DNA from: a virus
Lineage: Duplodnaviria > Caudoviricetes
Virus record (IMG/VR): IMGVR_UViG_3300014205_000220
Coordinates: 4,867 to 68,866 of that record
Length of the DNA stretch: 64,000 nucleotides
Strand: one strand, 5' to 3'
The notes below the pieces were generated by a model that did not search any database, was not told the DNA's origin, and saw only the letters and a list, made by a program, of their open reading frames with translations. Position 1 is the stretch's first letter. The number at the start of each line of letters is the position of its first letter. Of the stretch, positions 40,433 through 49,863 are shown one piece after another. Position numbers and translations under genes: made by a program.

Positions 40433-41335
40433 TTATTCTAAACCTCCATCGGTTATAATCCAACCTCTTGATATTAAGATGTCTCTTGCAACTTTACCCG
40501 CAGAATTGTATTTACTAGTTCCACCTCCAAATGTTACGTTTAAATTAGGGTTAGTGTCTTTCATGTCGATTAGAAGTTGTGAGTATCTTGATGTGTTTAT
40601 GGTTGAGCTAAAGAAATTGCCATTATTCCCCGTAATTGCACTTAACTTCATATTTGGAGGTAAGTCCGTCAATGGCGTGCCAAATAAACATGCATTTCCA
40701 TTTTGAATACCAACAAGTGTCAATGTACTTGGCAATATAGACATTCCACAATCCCTGAAAGTTGAAGAACCAACTGTCATTGCTGACAATGAGAATCCTT
40801 CTTTTATAGATGGCAAAGATGTGCAACCCCTAAATGCATTTGAAGCGGTTACAACATTTGAATCCCATAAGTTATTATCACCAGCTATTTCTGTTAGATT
40901 GGCACAGCCATAATAGGCTCCAGTCTGATTTGGGACTGGTACAATTGTGCCCCAATTCAATATTTTTGTGAGCTTTAGCCTGTCACCGCCATTGTTAAAA
41001 AAAATACGCTCAAAAGTTCCACTAATATAAACCTTATGTATTCCAGCACCGCTAGGAAATGTTATCGTATGATTCTCTGTTATGCCCGTTGCGGAATAGC
41101 CGTCATCGGTTGTTACAGAATAATTAAATGTCGCACCGCCACCAGTGGTAGTTGGTATGGTAAATTGATTAGAAGACGAAGTGCCTGATTTACTAGAATC
41201 TACTTCATAGACTAATCTTGTTTCAGGGATTACGGTCTTATCATAAAATAGAGTATTGCCCAAATAGGCTTTCTTTATCTCGGTATTTGCAAGATAAAGT
41301 TTATTGATTTCTGTATTTCCTAGTTTTATTGGCAT
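40433..41335 (-). CDS. Tail-associated protein with BspA/DUF285-like repeats
   Basis: N-terminal KAYLGNTL tail motif, then ILNWG, AFRGCTSL, TFRDC repeats. Confidence 0.65.
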   Translation of the reverse strand: MPIKLGNTEINKLYLANTEIKKAYLGNTLFYDKTVIPETRLVYEVDSSKSGTSSSNQFTIPTTTGGGATFNYSVTTDDGYSATGITENHTITFPSGAGIHKVYISGTFERIFFNNGGDRLKLTKILNWGTIVPVPNQTGAYYGCANLTEIAGDNNLWDSNVVTASNAFRGCTSLPSIKEGFSLSAMTVGSSTFRDCGMSILPSTLTLVGIQNGNACLFGTPLTDLPPNMKLSAITGNNGNFFSSTINTSRYSQLLIDMKDTNPNLNVTFGGGTSKYNSAGKVARDILISRGWIITDGGLE

Positions 41336-41628
41336 TAGATATTTGCGTAATAAGATTCTGCTAAATCATTAAAAGCTGAATTAACTGTAAATTGTATATC
41401 AGCATCGGTACTTGATTCATTGATAACAGGGTTTGCAATTACTTGATAAACTGCGGAGTTTAACCACGCACCTCCAATATTATTGACAACGTGTGATGCA
41501 AACTTTTTAACCAAAACAGGACTGCCACCTGCTATAATGAGTTCTCGTGAACGGTTGTTCATTGCCATTGCAATTTTCTTTCTGAATATTGGATCTTCTA
41601 CTAATTCTGCTTGTTCTTGTAAAGTCAT
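41335..41628 (-). CDS. Hypothetical tail-region protein
   Basis: ORF track. Confidence 0.6.
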   Translation of the reverse strand: MTLQEQAELVEDPIFRKKIAMAMNNRSRELIIAGGSPVLVKKFASHVVNNIGGAWLNSAVYQVIANPVINESSTDADIQFTVNSAFNDLAESYYANI

Positions 41629-41639
41629 TTTAGAGTTAT

Positions 41640-42302
41640 TTAAGGGATTATGAAATAATATGTGTTTGCGTTCTTTGTCAATATTGCATCATATTGGGCT
41701 TGTGTACCGTCCCAAAATTGACGTGTGTTATTTGCTCTTGTTTCTTTAATTGTATTTTTATCATCTACAAATTTCTTATTTGCAGTCTGTGTATCTGTTG
41801 TTGGTGTAGGTACAATAGGGCTTTTAAGAAAAGTTTTAACACCATCAATTTCTTGATCCGTTGTGGTTATCACCGCGCCTGCCGCTTTAATGTTTACTGT
41901 CGTTACATTAGCATCGCTTCCATCTACTCCATCTGTACCATCTGCTCCCACTAAAGAAGCCAACCAACTTGTTTCATCACCTACATATCCATCATCAACT
42001 GCAATTTCATAGGCTGAAAGTCCATCTGAACCATTTGTGCCGTCAATACCATCGATTCCATCACTTCCATTAGTACCATCTATTCCATCAGCACCTTTTA
42101 ATGACAATAGCCAATCAGATTCACTTCCTATAAAGCCATTGTTTACCGCTATTTCGTAAGCACTTAATCCATCAGCACCTCCACCACCTCCACCACCGTT
42201 CTTAACAACTACCGTAGGTGTCAACTTAATGAAATTACCGTTTTGGGTAACTTTTAGGTTTACCCTATTGACGCTCTGTGTAACCTTTAGATTAGTAGTC
42301 AT
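41640..42302 (-). CDS. Collagen-like tail fibre protein
   Basis: Two GLSAYEIAV..G..G.E..WL.SL.G units with G-X-Y repeats; C-terminal TQAQYDAI...NTYYFI. Confidence 0.8.
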   Translation of the reverse strand: MTTNLKVTQSVNRVNLKVTQNGNFIKLTPTVVVKNGGGGGGGADGLSAYEIAVNNGFIGSESDWLLSLKGADGIDGTNGSDGIDGIDGTNGSDGLSAYEIAVDDGYVGDETSWLASLVGADGTDGVDGSDANVTTVNIKAAGAVITTTDQEIDGVKTFLKSPIVPTPTTDTQTANKKFVDDKNTIKETRANNTRQFWDGTQAQYDAILTKNANTYYFIIP

Positions 42303-42659
42303 TTAAACTTGTTTTGTGTATTCTTTTACTATTTTATAAACTACATCGCAGTAAGTCACCCTATCGTTGTTTGGAAATGTAACCTCAATATCACCTCTAT
42401 GTATTCCTGCTCTCAAAGAGTTTCTTTCCACTTCGTCTATGTTAAACTTTTTTGCAGTGAGTATTGTAATACCGTTACCTGTCGAAATATCCATTGTACG
42501 CTCTCCTTGTTCGTTATAAAGTTGCATTTTGATTGTAGAGCCTATAAGATTAATAGGTGTATCATCAAAGTCAAACTCTATGGCAAAGATGGTATCGCCC
42601 TCCTTTATTTCGGGATTTGGAAACTCATTTGATTCAATAGGTATTTTAAGTAGTGCCAT
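42303..42659 (-). CDS. BppU-like Ig/baseplate domain protein
   Basis: EGDT..I.F...PINLIGSTIKMQ...GDIEVTFPN. Confidence 0.6.
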   Translation of the reverse strand: MALLKIPIESNEFPNPEIKEGDTIFAIEFDFDDTPINLIGSTIKMQLYNEQGERTMDISTGNGITILTAKKFNIDEVERNSLRAGIHRGDIEVTFPNNDRVTYCDVVYKIVKEYTKQV

Positions 42660-42660
42660 T

Positions 42661-44100
42661 TTATATTCCGTTTAAATATTCTTCAAGCCATGTGTAGCCA
42701 CTTGGCGCAATGTCATTGTAAGACGCACCACCCATATTTGCAGTAGCCCAAGTATCAGGAATACCGTCATTATTACTATCCACAGGAACACTTGACATAT
42801 TAGCTAAACTAGAATAAGCTGTACCAAAATCATTTTCATCTAATTTACTAGGTGAGTTTCCCGGTCCATTATTATTCTCTGCTTGACTAATTGCACGTAA
42901 ATCAGTTGCATCCCTATAAAGATTACAACCGAAATCATTCTTAAGTGTTGACCATACAGATAGTCCGGGAATCAAAGTAACTCCGTCATTTACTATTTGA
43001 GTAGCATGTGGTGTTAAAGTTTGATACAAAGTGTTTGCAGGAGTAGTAAAATTACTTCCATAATCTGTACTATATGTAGTTATTAAGTTCCAAGCAGTTC
43101 CTGTCTTTGTAGGTCTGTAACGACTGTCAAAGTTCTCGTCATTAACATAATACTTGCTTCCTGTATTTTCTTCAAATAGAACCCATCGCCTACTTTGATT
43201 AAGTGCCGATTCGTTTGCTTGCCAATAGTTATTCATAATATTTAGAGCAAATGGAGTAGAGTTTCCTACATAAGCTTGTGTTCCTAAACCAAAGAAACCT
43301 AAATTGGATGAATAGTTATTAATAAACTCATATTTAGCAGGTGTAGCTGAATTAACTGCTTTTGGTGAAAACAATGGATTTCTTTGTCCTGATTCAGATT
43401 GAAATGTTCTATAAATTGATACAAAATCTGTTCCTGTTAACATTAATAATTTACCTCCTTCAGCGGGAGTTACCTCGCTCAATGGTTCAGTGAATAAACA
43501 ATTTTGAAAAGTTATATTAGTAGAATCAGTCATGTCAATTAATTCGTCAGAACCATAACTTGCAGAAACGTGGTCAAATATTATATTTGATTGATCGACA
43601 CAAAGAAAAGCATCTCCCGCCGAACTCCCTTCAATTCTTTGTCCGGGTCTAATTCTTATATACCTAATAATTAAATTACTTCCAGCATCAACTAAAGGTC
43701 CATCCCAAGGGCTTACTGCGCTCTTTCTTAAAGTGATTCCCTGACCCCCATTCCTAAAGGCAGTCTGCCCCGCTATTGTTATATTGTTCCATATTTCTAA
43801 TGGAGATAACAGGTCAATATATCCTGCGACTTCGAAAACTACCGTTCTGTTACTTACACTAGTTGCTTGTCTCAATGAACCTGCACCACTATCATTTAGA
43901 TTAGTTACTTTGACTACAGAATGTCCTCTTCCCCCTGTTGCGTTCTTTCCGTAACCTTCTGCTGATGGAAATGCTTTTATAGCTTGTGGAGGTGTAACCT
44001 CACCACCACTCTGTTGAAGTCTTAAACGCTCAAATATCTCTAAACTCTGACTTTGCAATCCTATGGAGACAAAGAAAATAAGGTATAATAGTTTTTTCAT
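42661..44100 (-). CDS. Polysaccharide lyase family 1 (pectate lyase-like) protein with signal peptide
   Basis: AFPSAEGYGKNATGGRG...VTNLNDSGAGSLR...TIAGQTA...IIFDHVSASYGSDE...DSNNDGIPDTW. Confidence 0.85.
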   Translation of the reverse strand: MKKLLYLIFFVSIGLQSQSLEIFERLRLQQSGGEVTPPQAIKAFPSAEGYGKNATGGRGHSVVKVTNLNDSGAGSLRQATSVSNRTVVFEVAGYIDLLSPLEIWNNITIAGQTAFRNGGQGITLRKSAVSPWDGPLVDAGSNLIIRYIRIRPGQRIEGSSAGDAFLCVDQSNIIFDHVSASYGSDELIDMTDSTNITFQNCLFTEPLSEVTPAEGGKLLMLTGTDFVSIYRTFQSESGQRNPLFSPKAVNSATPAKYEFINNYSSNLGFFGLGTQAYVGNSTPFALNIMNNYWQANESALNQSRRWVLFEENTGSKYYVNDENFDSRYRPTKTGTAWNLITTYSTDYGSNFTTPANTLYQTLTPHATQIVNDGVTLIPGLSVWSTLKNDFGCNLYRDATDLRAISQAENNNGPGNSPSKLDENDFGTAYSSLANMSSVPVDSNNDGIPDTWATANMGGASYNDIAPSGYTWLEEYLNGI

Positions 44101-44101
44101 T

Positions 44102-44509
44102 TTAATTCCAATTTAAGAAAAAGTGATAAATTTTATTGTCGCTATCTTGTGAGAATATTACCCTAAAGGTTGTATTCTTTGCAAATGGAGCACCAAGTAT
44201 TCCCTTTGAATTATAGATGGTAGGAAACTTTGTTCTATTCTTTGTGGATATGTAAACCGCTTTCAAAGGCTCATTCTTTAAATATGCCTTTGCATCCATA
44301 CTTGATGGATTGATGACATTGGAAATAGTGTTGTAAGCATAATTAATTGTGGGATTCTGTGTTACACACTTCTCTAAAGCTATATTGCTTTGCTTTTCTA
44401 CTTCTCCAACCATTTTTTTAAGGTCGTCAAAATAATTTGTCAAAGGTGATTGTTGACTGAAACACATTGTACTCAATGTGAGAAATAAGATTGTAATTAG
44501 TTTTTTCAT
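44102..44509 (-). CDS. Secreted hypothetical protein
   Basis: MKKLITILFLTLSTMCFS-Q signal peptide. Confidence 0.65.
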   Translation of the reverse strand: MKKLITILFLTLSTMCFSQQSPLTNYFDDLKKMVGEVEKQSNIALEKCVTQNPTINYAYNTISNVINPSSMDAKAYLKNEPLKAVYISTKNRTKFPTIYNSKGILGAPFAKNTTFRVIFSQDSDNKIYHFFLNWN

Positions 44510-44520
44510 ATTTTCATTAT

Positions 44521-46518
44521 TTAGAATTTTATAAAATAGTAAACGGGTGTTGTACCGTCATAAGTGGTTACGATCATTTCAAATACAACATCAGCTTCAA
44601 AAGCTGCGCCTGTTTTTAAACCCGTTGTTGAGCCATTAAGCGTTGGGAAAGCCACCATTCCTGTAGTATCTATGAAATTGACTACATAACCACCTCTTTT
44701 AAGATTGGATGTCGTAAAATCTGATGCTGTACTCGGTGTGGTATAATTGAATATCTGACCTACAATGTTATCTCCTAAATCAAGCACTGTACCACTTGAT
44801 GCTACTGTGCCTGATAGGCTTACTGTATCATCTACATATTTCTTTTGTACGTAGGTGTTGTCGTCATAGTTTGCTCCGTAATATATTTCAGAATATAAAC
44901 CTCTACTTGTTGGTAATGATGCATAAATAGAAATACCCTCAAGTCCTGCATATATTTCAGAATATATAAGCAAATCATTGTCTTTATACCCCATTCTAAT
45001 ATCCGAACTATAATGTGGTATTGCTAAATATCTGTATATGTTTGTGCCTGCTTCTTTTGCTTTTAGCAACATTCCTGGTGATGATACTTCTCCAAATGTA
45101 TCTTCATAAGCAGAAATGCTAAATTCTTCATTATCTTCGGATATATGTTTTATTAAAACGCTTGCTTCTGTTTCAATATCCCCAGTAACAGGACTACCAA
45201 CTTCTGTTCCCGTAAGTGGTATGTATGCACCACCAATAGCCTGTGAACCATATTTACCTGCATCATCAATGGTAAGTGCGTAGGTTTCTCCATATGGTGC
45301 TGCTATCTTTGGTTGGAAGATGTCTGCGTTGTTGAGCATCATATCTCCTCTATCTGCGTAGAATGAATATGTATCAAAGCCTGTTCCTGTAACTTGTGGA
45401 TTTGCTCTGAATGATGCGTATTTTGAGTTTGTGTTTGTCGAAAGGTTTACAAAGTCATTTGCTTCAATACCTATTGCAAAATAGTTATCAGAAATAGCAC
45501 TTGACCTATAATCTCGTCTTTCGTAAATACCTTTTCTTGTAGAATTGTTTTGAGTAGCACCTGCGACACCATCAGAAACAAAAGTAAATCCTGTATGATT
45601 AGGATTACCACCGTTAAAAGATATTCCGTAATTACCTGCGATTTTTAATGCACCAGCTCCAACGGTGTTTATACCTGTGCCGTTGGCAGGTACTCTTAAA
45701 CCATCTGACACAACTATACCATTATGGATAATACTTCCAACGTTTAAACTTGCAGGCACTCCTGTATTTCCAAATAATGAATTTGCCTTATTCCAAACTT
45801 GGTCGGGATTGAGGGGTGTAACAATAGGAGTAAAATCTATAAAATCATCAGCTACCGCAGTATCGGTACAAGTGCTTCCGTAAGTACCTCCATTACCCAC
45901 AAAAAGATATTGGAAAAGTTCTCCATCGTTAAGCGTATTGGCAATTACATAACCGTCTATTTGGTCTTGGACTAAAAAACAAGGTGTTAAAAGATTGAAA
46001 GCATCTACAACGGGTGTATCGCCAATTTCTCCAACTTCTATAAACTGCGTGGATGCCAATTGTGATAAATCAGTTAAAAGAATAAAATCCTCCTCTATTG
46101 CTGTTTTAGTTCCACCTACTCCATAGTCGCCTGCCAATCCCACAAATAAGTACTGTAATACTTCTCCTCTTTGTGTGACATCTATAAGCACATAACCATC
46201 TTCTTGTCCTTGAACAGGGTCTTCGCTTCCCGTAAACGTGTGACCGTTGAAAGCATCTACAATACCCGTTGTACCGGCATTTCCAAGATTTATGAATTGT
46301 GTTGAAGCTAAATCGGCAATCTCTGTAGTGTTCAAAGGAATCCATTTATCTACTTGATATAGATAAACAACTCCGTCTGTCTTATACATGATTTGACCGT
46401 TAACAGGGCTTGAAGGAAAGTTAGCCTGTGGCTTATACTTCGTAGATGTCTGTGTATTGACCTGTCCAAAAGATATTGAACAGATTAAAAATGATAGTAT
46501 TAATAGTATTTTTTTCAT
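44521..46518 (-). CDS. Tail fibre-like protein with signal peptide and an internal ~80-aa tandem repeat
   Basis: Two LASTQFI...VDAFN...DGYV...QYLFVG..G.YG units; GAYIPLTGT and YVQKKYVDD fibre-type motifs. Confidence 0.7.
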   Translation of the reverse strand: MKKILLILSFLICSISFGQVNTQTSTKYKPQANFPSSPVNGQIMYKTDGVVYLYQVDKWIPLNTTEIADLASTQFINLGNAGTTGIVDAFNGHTFTGSEDPVQGQEDGYVLIDVTQRGEVLQYLFVGLAGDYGVGGTKTAIEEDFILLTDLSQLASTQFIEVGEIGDTPVVDAFNLLTPCFLVQDQIDGYVIANTLNDGELFQYLFVGNGGTYGSTCTDTAVADDFIDFTPIVTPLNPDQVWNKANSLFGNTGVPASLNVGSIIHNGIVVSDGLRVPANGTGINTVGAGALKIAGNYGISFNGGNPNHTGFTFVSDGVAGATQNNSTRKGIYERRDYRSSAISDNYFAIGIEANDFVNLSTNTNSKYASFRANPQVTGTGFDTYSFYADRGDMMLNNADIFQPKIAAPYGETYALTIDDAGKYGSQAIGGAYIPLTGTEVGSPVTGDIETEASVLIKHISEDNEEFSISAYEDTFGEVSSPGMLLKAKEAGTNIYRYLAIPHYSSDIRMGYKDNDLLIYSEIYAGLEGISIYASLPTSRGLYSEIYYGANYDDNTYVQKKYVDDTVSLSGTVASSGTVLDLGDNIVGQIFNYTTPSTASDFTTSNLKRGGYVVNFIDTTGMVAFPTLNGSTTGLKTGAAFEADVVFEMIVTTYDGTTPVYYFIKF

Positions 46519-47066
46519 ATTGATTGGTCTGAATAGATTTCTAAATTAGCTTCTGTTGTATGCGGTAGCGCAATTACTTTTGCCTTGATATATCTTCCGC
46601 TTCCGAAAGGATATTCACCGTCTATCAAGTCGTTTACCTGAATAGCAAGATAATTGGTATTGCTGCGTTTATTGACTGCCATTCCTGCAATCTTTAATAT
46701 CACTCTTGAATAATCTACCAATTCGGGGTCTTCACCACCTCCACCTGTTGTGGTTTCCGAACAGTATATTGCCGTGTTAACGTTGTCGATACAATCTCCC
46801 AAAGAGGGTTGTGTAACGCCATCAACTTGCCATTCTTCAAAATGTACCAAATCCGCAGGTAGGTTTGATAACGTGTTTCTTTTTTTGACACCTACGCCTA
46901 TAAACCCTGCCTGATTGGTAGGATATACATTTGACAATGCTATTTCAAGGTCGCACTTTCTGTAAAGCGTTCGGTTCAAAAAGACTTCATTGTCCTTTAC
47001 GGTGTATGTTTGTCCAACCGCTAAAGTAACAACCTGTCCTGACGAAAATAATGTATTCTTAATCAT
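46515..47066 (-). CDS. Virion protein, paralog of 47063-47368 with an extra C-terminal domain
   Basis: Alignable by eye over ~100 aa. Confidence 0.65.
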   Translation of the reverse strand: MIKNTLFSSGQVVTLAVGQTYTVKDNEVFLNRTLYRKCDLEIALSNVYPTNQAGFIGVGVKKRNTLSNLPADLVHFEEWQVDGVTQPSLGDCIDNVNTAIYCSETTTGGGGEDPELVDYSRVILKIAGMAVNKRSNTNYLAIQVNDLIDGEYPFGSGRYIKAKVIALPHTTEANLEIYSDQSI

Positions 47067-47368
47067 TGGAACGATGTATTTATGTTTTCTACCAACTGAC
47101 CCAATGAGGTCGGTACAGTACCGTTAATTTTCCATTCTGTATATTTCTTCAAGTCCGCAGGCAAGTTACCAAGTGGGTCACGTTTTTTGATGCCTACCGT
47201 AACTGCTGTCTGTGGATTCGTAGCTTCCGAGCCTGCAATGGCTATCTCCAAATCTTTCTTCTTGTAAAGACTATTGTTGAGAAACAACTCGTTATCCTTT
47301 ATGGTGTAGGTTTCCCCAACCGCTACGATTATTGATTCTCCCGATGTTATTAAAATATTATAGTCCAT
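47063..47368 (-). CDS. Virion protein downstream of portal
   Basis: Paralog of the next gene. Confidence 0.65.
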   Translation of the reverse strand: MDYNILITSGESIIVAVGETYTIKDNELFLNNSLYKKKDLEIAIAGSEATNPQTAVTVGIKKRDPLGNLPADLKKYTEWKINGTVPTSLGQLVENINTSFQ

Positions 47369-47407
47369 TGTCTTGAATTGAGTTTAAAAATAATCTATTT
47401 TGAACCA

Positions 47408-49822
47408 TTAAACGTTTTGGTTTAGTAATGGCTGACTTTCAAATATATCGGATAGCCTGTTCTCAAAATCTATTGGCGGTTTCTTGTTTATCCTTTGGTC
47501 AACTATTTCTGATGTATTTGAACTTTGTTTGTCAATTCTTTCGTCTTTTCTGTCTTCCTTGTTCATATCGACATAGGTTTTACCTTGAAATTTAAGCCGT
47601 TCAAGTTCCATATCCCTTTTATGCTTTTCTTGGTTGGCAAGTTCGGTAATCATTGCGTTGTTACGGAACTCTTGGCTTCTAATCTGCGCTTCCAAGAGCA
47701 AAAGATTCTTCTTGGTTTCAAACTCTACCGTTAACGTCTGTTGTTTGGTCTGCTCTACGATTACGCCTGTCTGTGCGTTTGCCTGTGCATTGGCTTCGAT
47801 ATTCTGTAAGGTTTCAGCCTGTTTCTTTTTCTCGTTTTCGGCAATGACGTATTCAAGGTATTTGATGGCTGATTTTACATTGTTTATCTGACGTGCTTGA
47901 TTGTACTGTGCAACGTTTATTTCACCTTTTTGGTAAGATTCAATTAAAGAGCCTTCAAAAGCTACCCTTTCATCGTTATCTGGTTTGAAATCGAAATAGA
48001 TTGCGAATTTTGACGTAGGATATTTTTTAAGTTCGTTCAATAACTGTACATTATCGCTACCAATCATATCCATATAACGGTCTTTCAGCGCAGGTGTATT
48101 CCATACATCGACAAGCCTTGAAGATACTGCTTCGGCAAACCTCAATGATATGTTGAAACTCGCTTTTACAATATGGTTTGTTTGGTTGTTTGAACTTGCA
48201 AGCAATAGTTTTTGAACCGTTACCGCAGTCTTTGAGTTTGGTTTTGTAGTGCCGTCACGGACTTCGTTGATACCTAATAACTGTCTTAACCTACCATAAC
48301 CATTGACTATCTCGTTTGAAAGAAAACTGATTGCGTTGTTTGACATACCACCACTTCTTTCCTGTATTGCATCGGCTATCTTGATACCGTCTTCATCATA
48401 TTCATCTGCAAGCAATACACCACGACCAAAATACATATCCAATAAATCTTGACCGCTTACCTTTTCGCCATTGAGCATTGTATTGTTCAATGCTCTTGGA
48501 CTTATCTTTACTGTACTCGGTCTTAACTCCATTTTAAGTTGTTGGAATTTGTACCAATCACGGTGAATATCATCTATGATAGGGATTGCCCTTGCTACCA
48601 AACTATCAAAACGGACTTGTCCTTTTTCGGACAACTTCTTGACCTTTGGCGCATAGACTACAAAAGGTGGCAATGGGGTATTTACATCGTCTGCGGCTTG
48701 GTTAGGAATTTCGTTCCATTTGATAAGTACTTTTGCGGTAGGGATATAAATGCCCTCATACCAAACCTTGTAAGGAATAGACATTTTCTTTGCAGGGTTC
48801 GATGGATTGTAAGATTCTTCGTCCTTGCTTCTGTCTATAAGAGTAACATTCTTATTCTTTCTCAAACGTTTGTAAACACGCTCTTTTCTGACTTCGTAAG
48901 TGAAATAAAGATATTCAACAAGTCTATGTGCGTCATTGTCGGCTACGTAGGCATCGTTGTTTGATAAGTTGTTTATTGCAACGTTTTTAATGTCTTTTAA
49001 CTGCTCTTTTGTAAGACCGCCCGCCTGTTTTTCAAGGTCTGCAATCGTGCCTTTTTCCATTACACCTGCAAGTCGTATATCACGACCGTCTTCCATTTCA
49101 AAAGCGTTGGATATAAAATTGTAAGGGTCAACGTATTTAAGTTTGATGCCCTCTGTGTTGTCTGTATAGTGCCGTCCGATACCTATTCCAAGAGCCACCA
49201 AATCGGGGTCTATGGAATCTTTTATTACCTCAAAACGCTCTGACTTCATTACGTTCTCTACCGCTAATTCCTGTGCAAGTTCTATAAGTGGTTTGAACTC
49301 CAATTTTTTAACGTCAAGACCTCTTTCATCGGCAGGAATATCCTTTGGCACAATATCTATTCCTATACCTTGGCTTACAAGCTGTGCAAGTTCCTGTGTA
49401 TAGAAATCATCCTCCATTTTTTTGAGGTAGTTCTTTTTGTTGTTTACTGCTGTACGGTCAATGGCTTGCGCTCGTGGTTTAAAAAGACTTTCATCGATAG
49501 GGTTTACTATCAAGTCCATAAACGTAGGAAAAATACGTAAAGGTGTGTAGTCAATCTTATGTGTCTTTACATCAAGACCGTTCTTTTCGTTCTTTCTCTC
49601 TCCCTCAATGGTTCTTTTAATGGCTGAAACGTCTTGCTCTCCCCTTGCATAGCTACGCATTGTATCAATCCATAATCGACGGCTTGGCAATAGACCACTT
49701 GTTATCCATTGGTTCTCGAACATTTTGGCTACGGTCATACCGTATTCTTCGCTGTCCTTTTCGTGGTTGGATGCGAACTCGTCTGGGTAAGTGGTATTCG
49801 TAATATCTGCCATAGTGACCAA
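47408..49822 (-). CDS. Portal protein (crAss-like, 804 aa)
   Basis: Follows TerL; YARGEQ...LRIFPTFMDLIV...GINEVRDGT pattern; coiled-coil C-terminus. Confidence 0.85.
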   Translation of the reverse strand: MVTMADITNTTYPDEFASNHEKDSEEYGMTVAKMFENQWITSGLLPSRRLWIDTMRSYARGEQDVSAIKRTIEGERKNEKNGLDVKTHKIDYTPLRIFPTFMDLIVNPIDESLFKPRAQAIDRTAVNNKKNYLKKMEDDFYTQELAQLVSQGIGIDIVPKDIPADERGLDVKKLEFKPLIELAQELAVENVMKSERFEVIKDSIDPDLVALGIGIGRHYTDNTEGIKLKYVDPYNFISNAFEMEDGRDIRLAGVMEKGTIADLEKQAGGLTKEQLKDIKNVAINNLSNNDAYVADNDAHRLVEYLYFTYEVRKERVYKRLRKNKNVTLIDRSKDEESYNPSNPAKKMSIPYKVWYEGIYIPTAKVLIKWNEIPNQAADDVNTPLPPFVVYAPKVKKLSEKGQVRFDSLVARAIPIIDDIHRDWYKFQQLKMELRPSTVKISPRALNNTMLNGEKVSGQDLLDMYFGRGVLLADEYDEDGIKIADAIQERSGGMSNNAISFLSNEIVNGYGRLRQLLGINEVRDGTTKPNSKTAVTVQKLLLASSNNQTNHIVKASFNISLRFAEAVSSRLVDVWNTPALKDRYMDMIGSDNVQLLNELKKYPTSKFAIYFDFKPDNDERVAFEGSLIESYQKGEINVAQYNQARQINNVKSAIKYLEYVIAENEKKKQAETLQNIEANAQANAQTGVIVEQTKQQTLTVEFETKKNLLLLEAQIRSQEFRNNAMITELANQEKHKRDMELERLKFQGKTYVDMNKEDRKDERIDKQSSNTSEIVDQRINKKPPIDFENRLSDIFESQPLLNQNV

Positions 49823-49863
49823 AAATAAAGTATTTATAATTTACGTTGCAATCTATTAAGTAA

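Noticed and set aside
36085-46518. Diversity-generating retroelement targeting the tail genes
   Set aside because: No reverse transcriptase and no adenine-specific template/variable repeat pair were found by eye.
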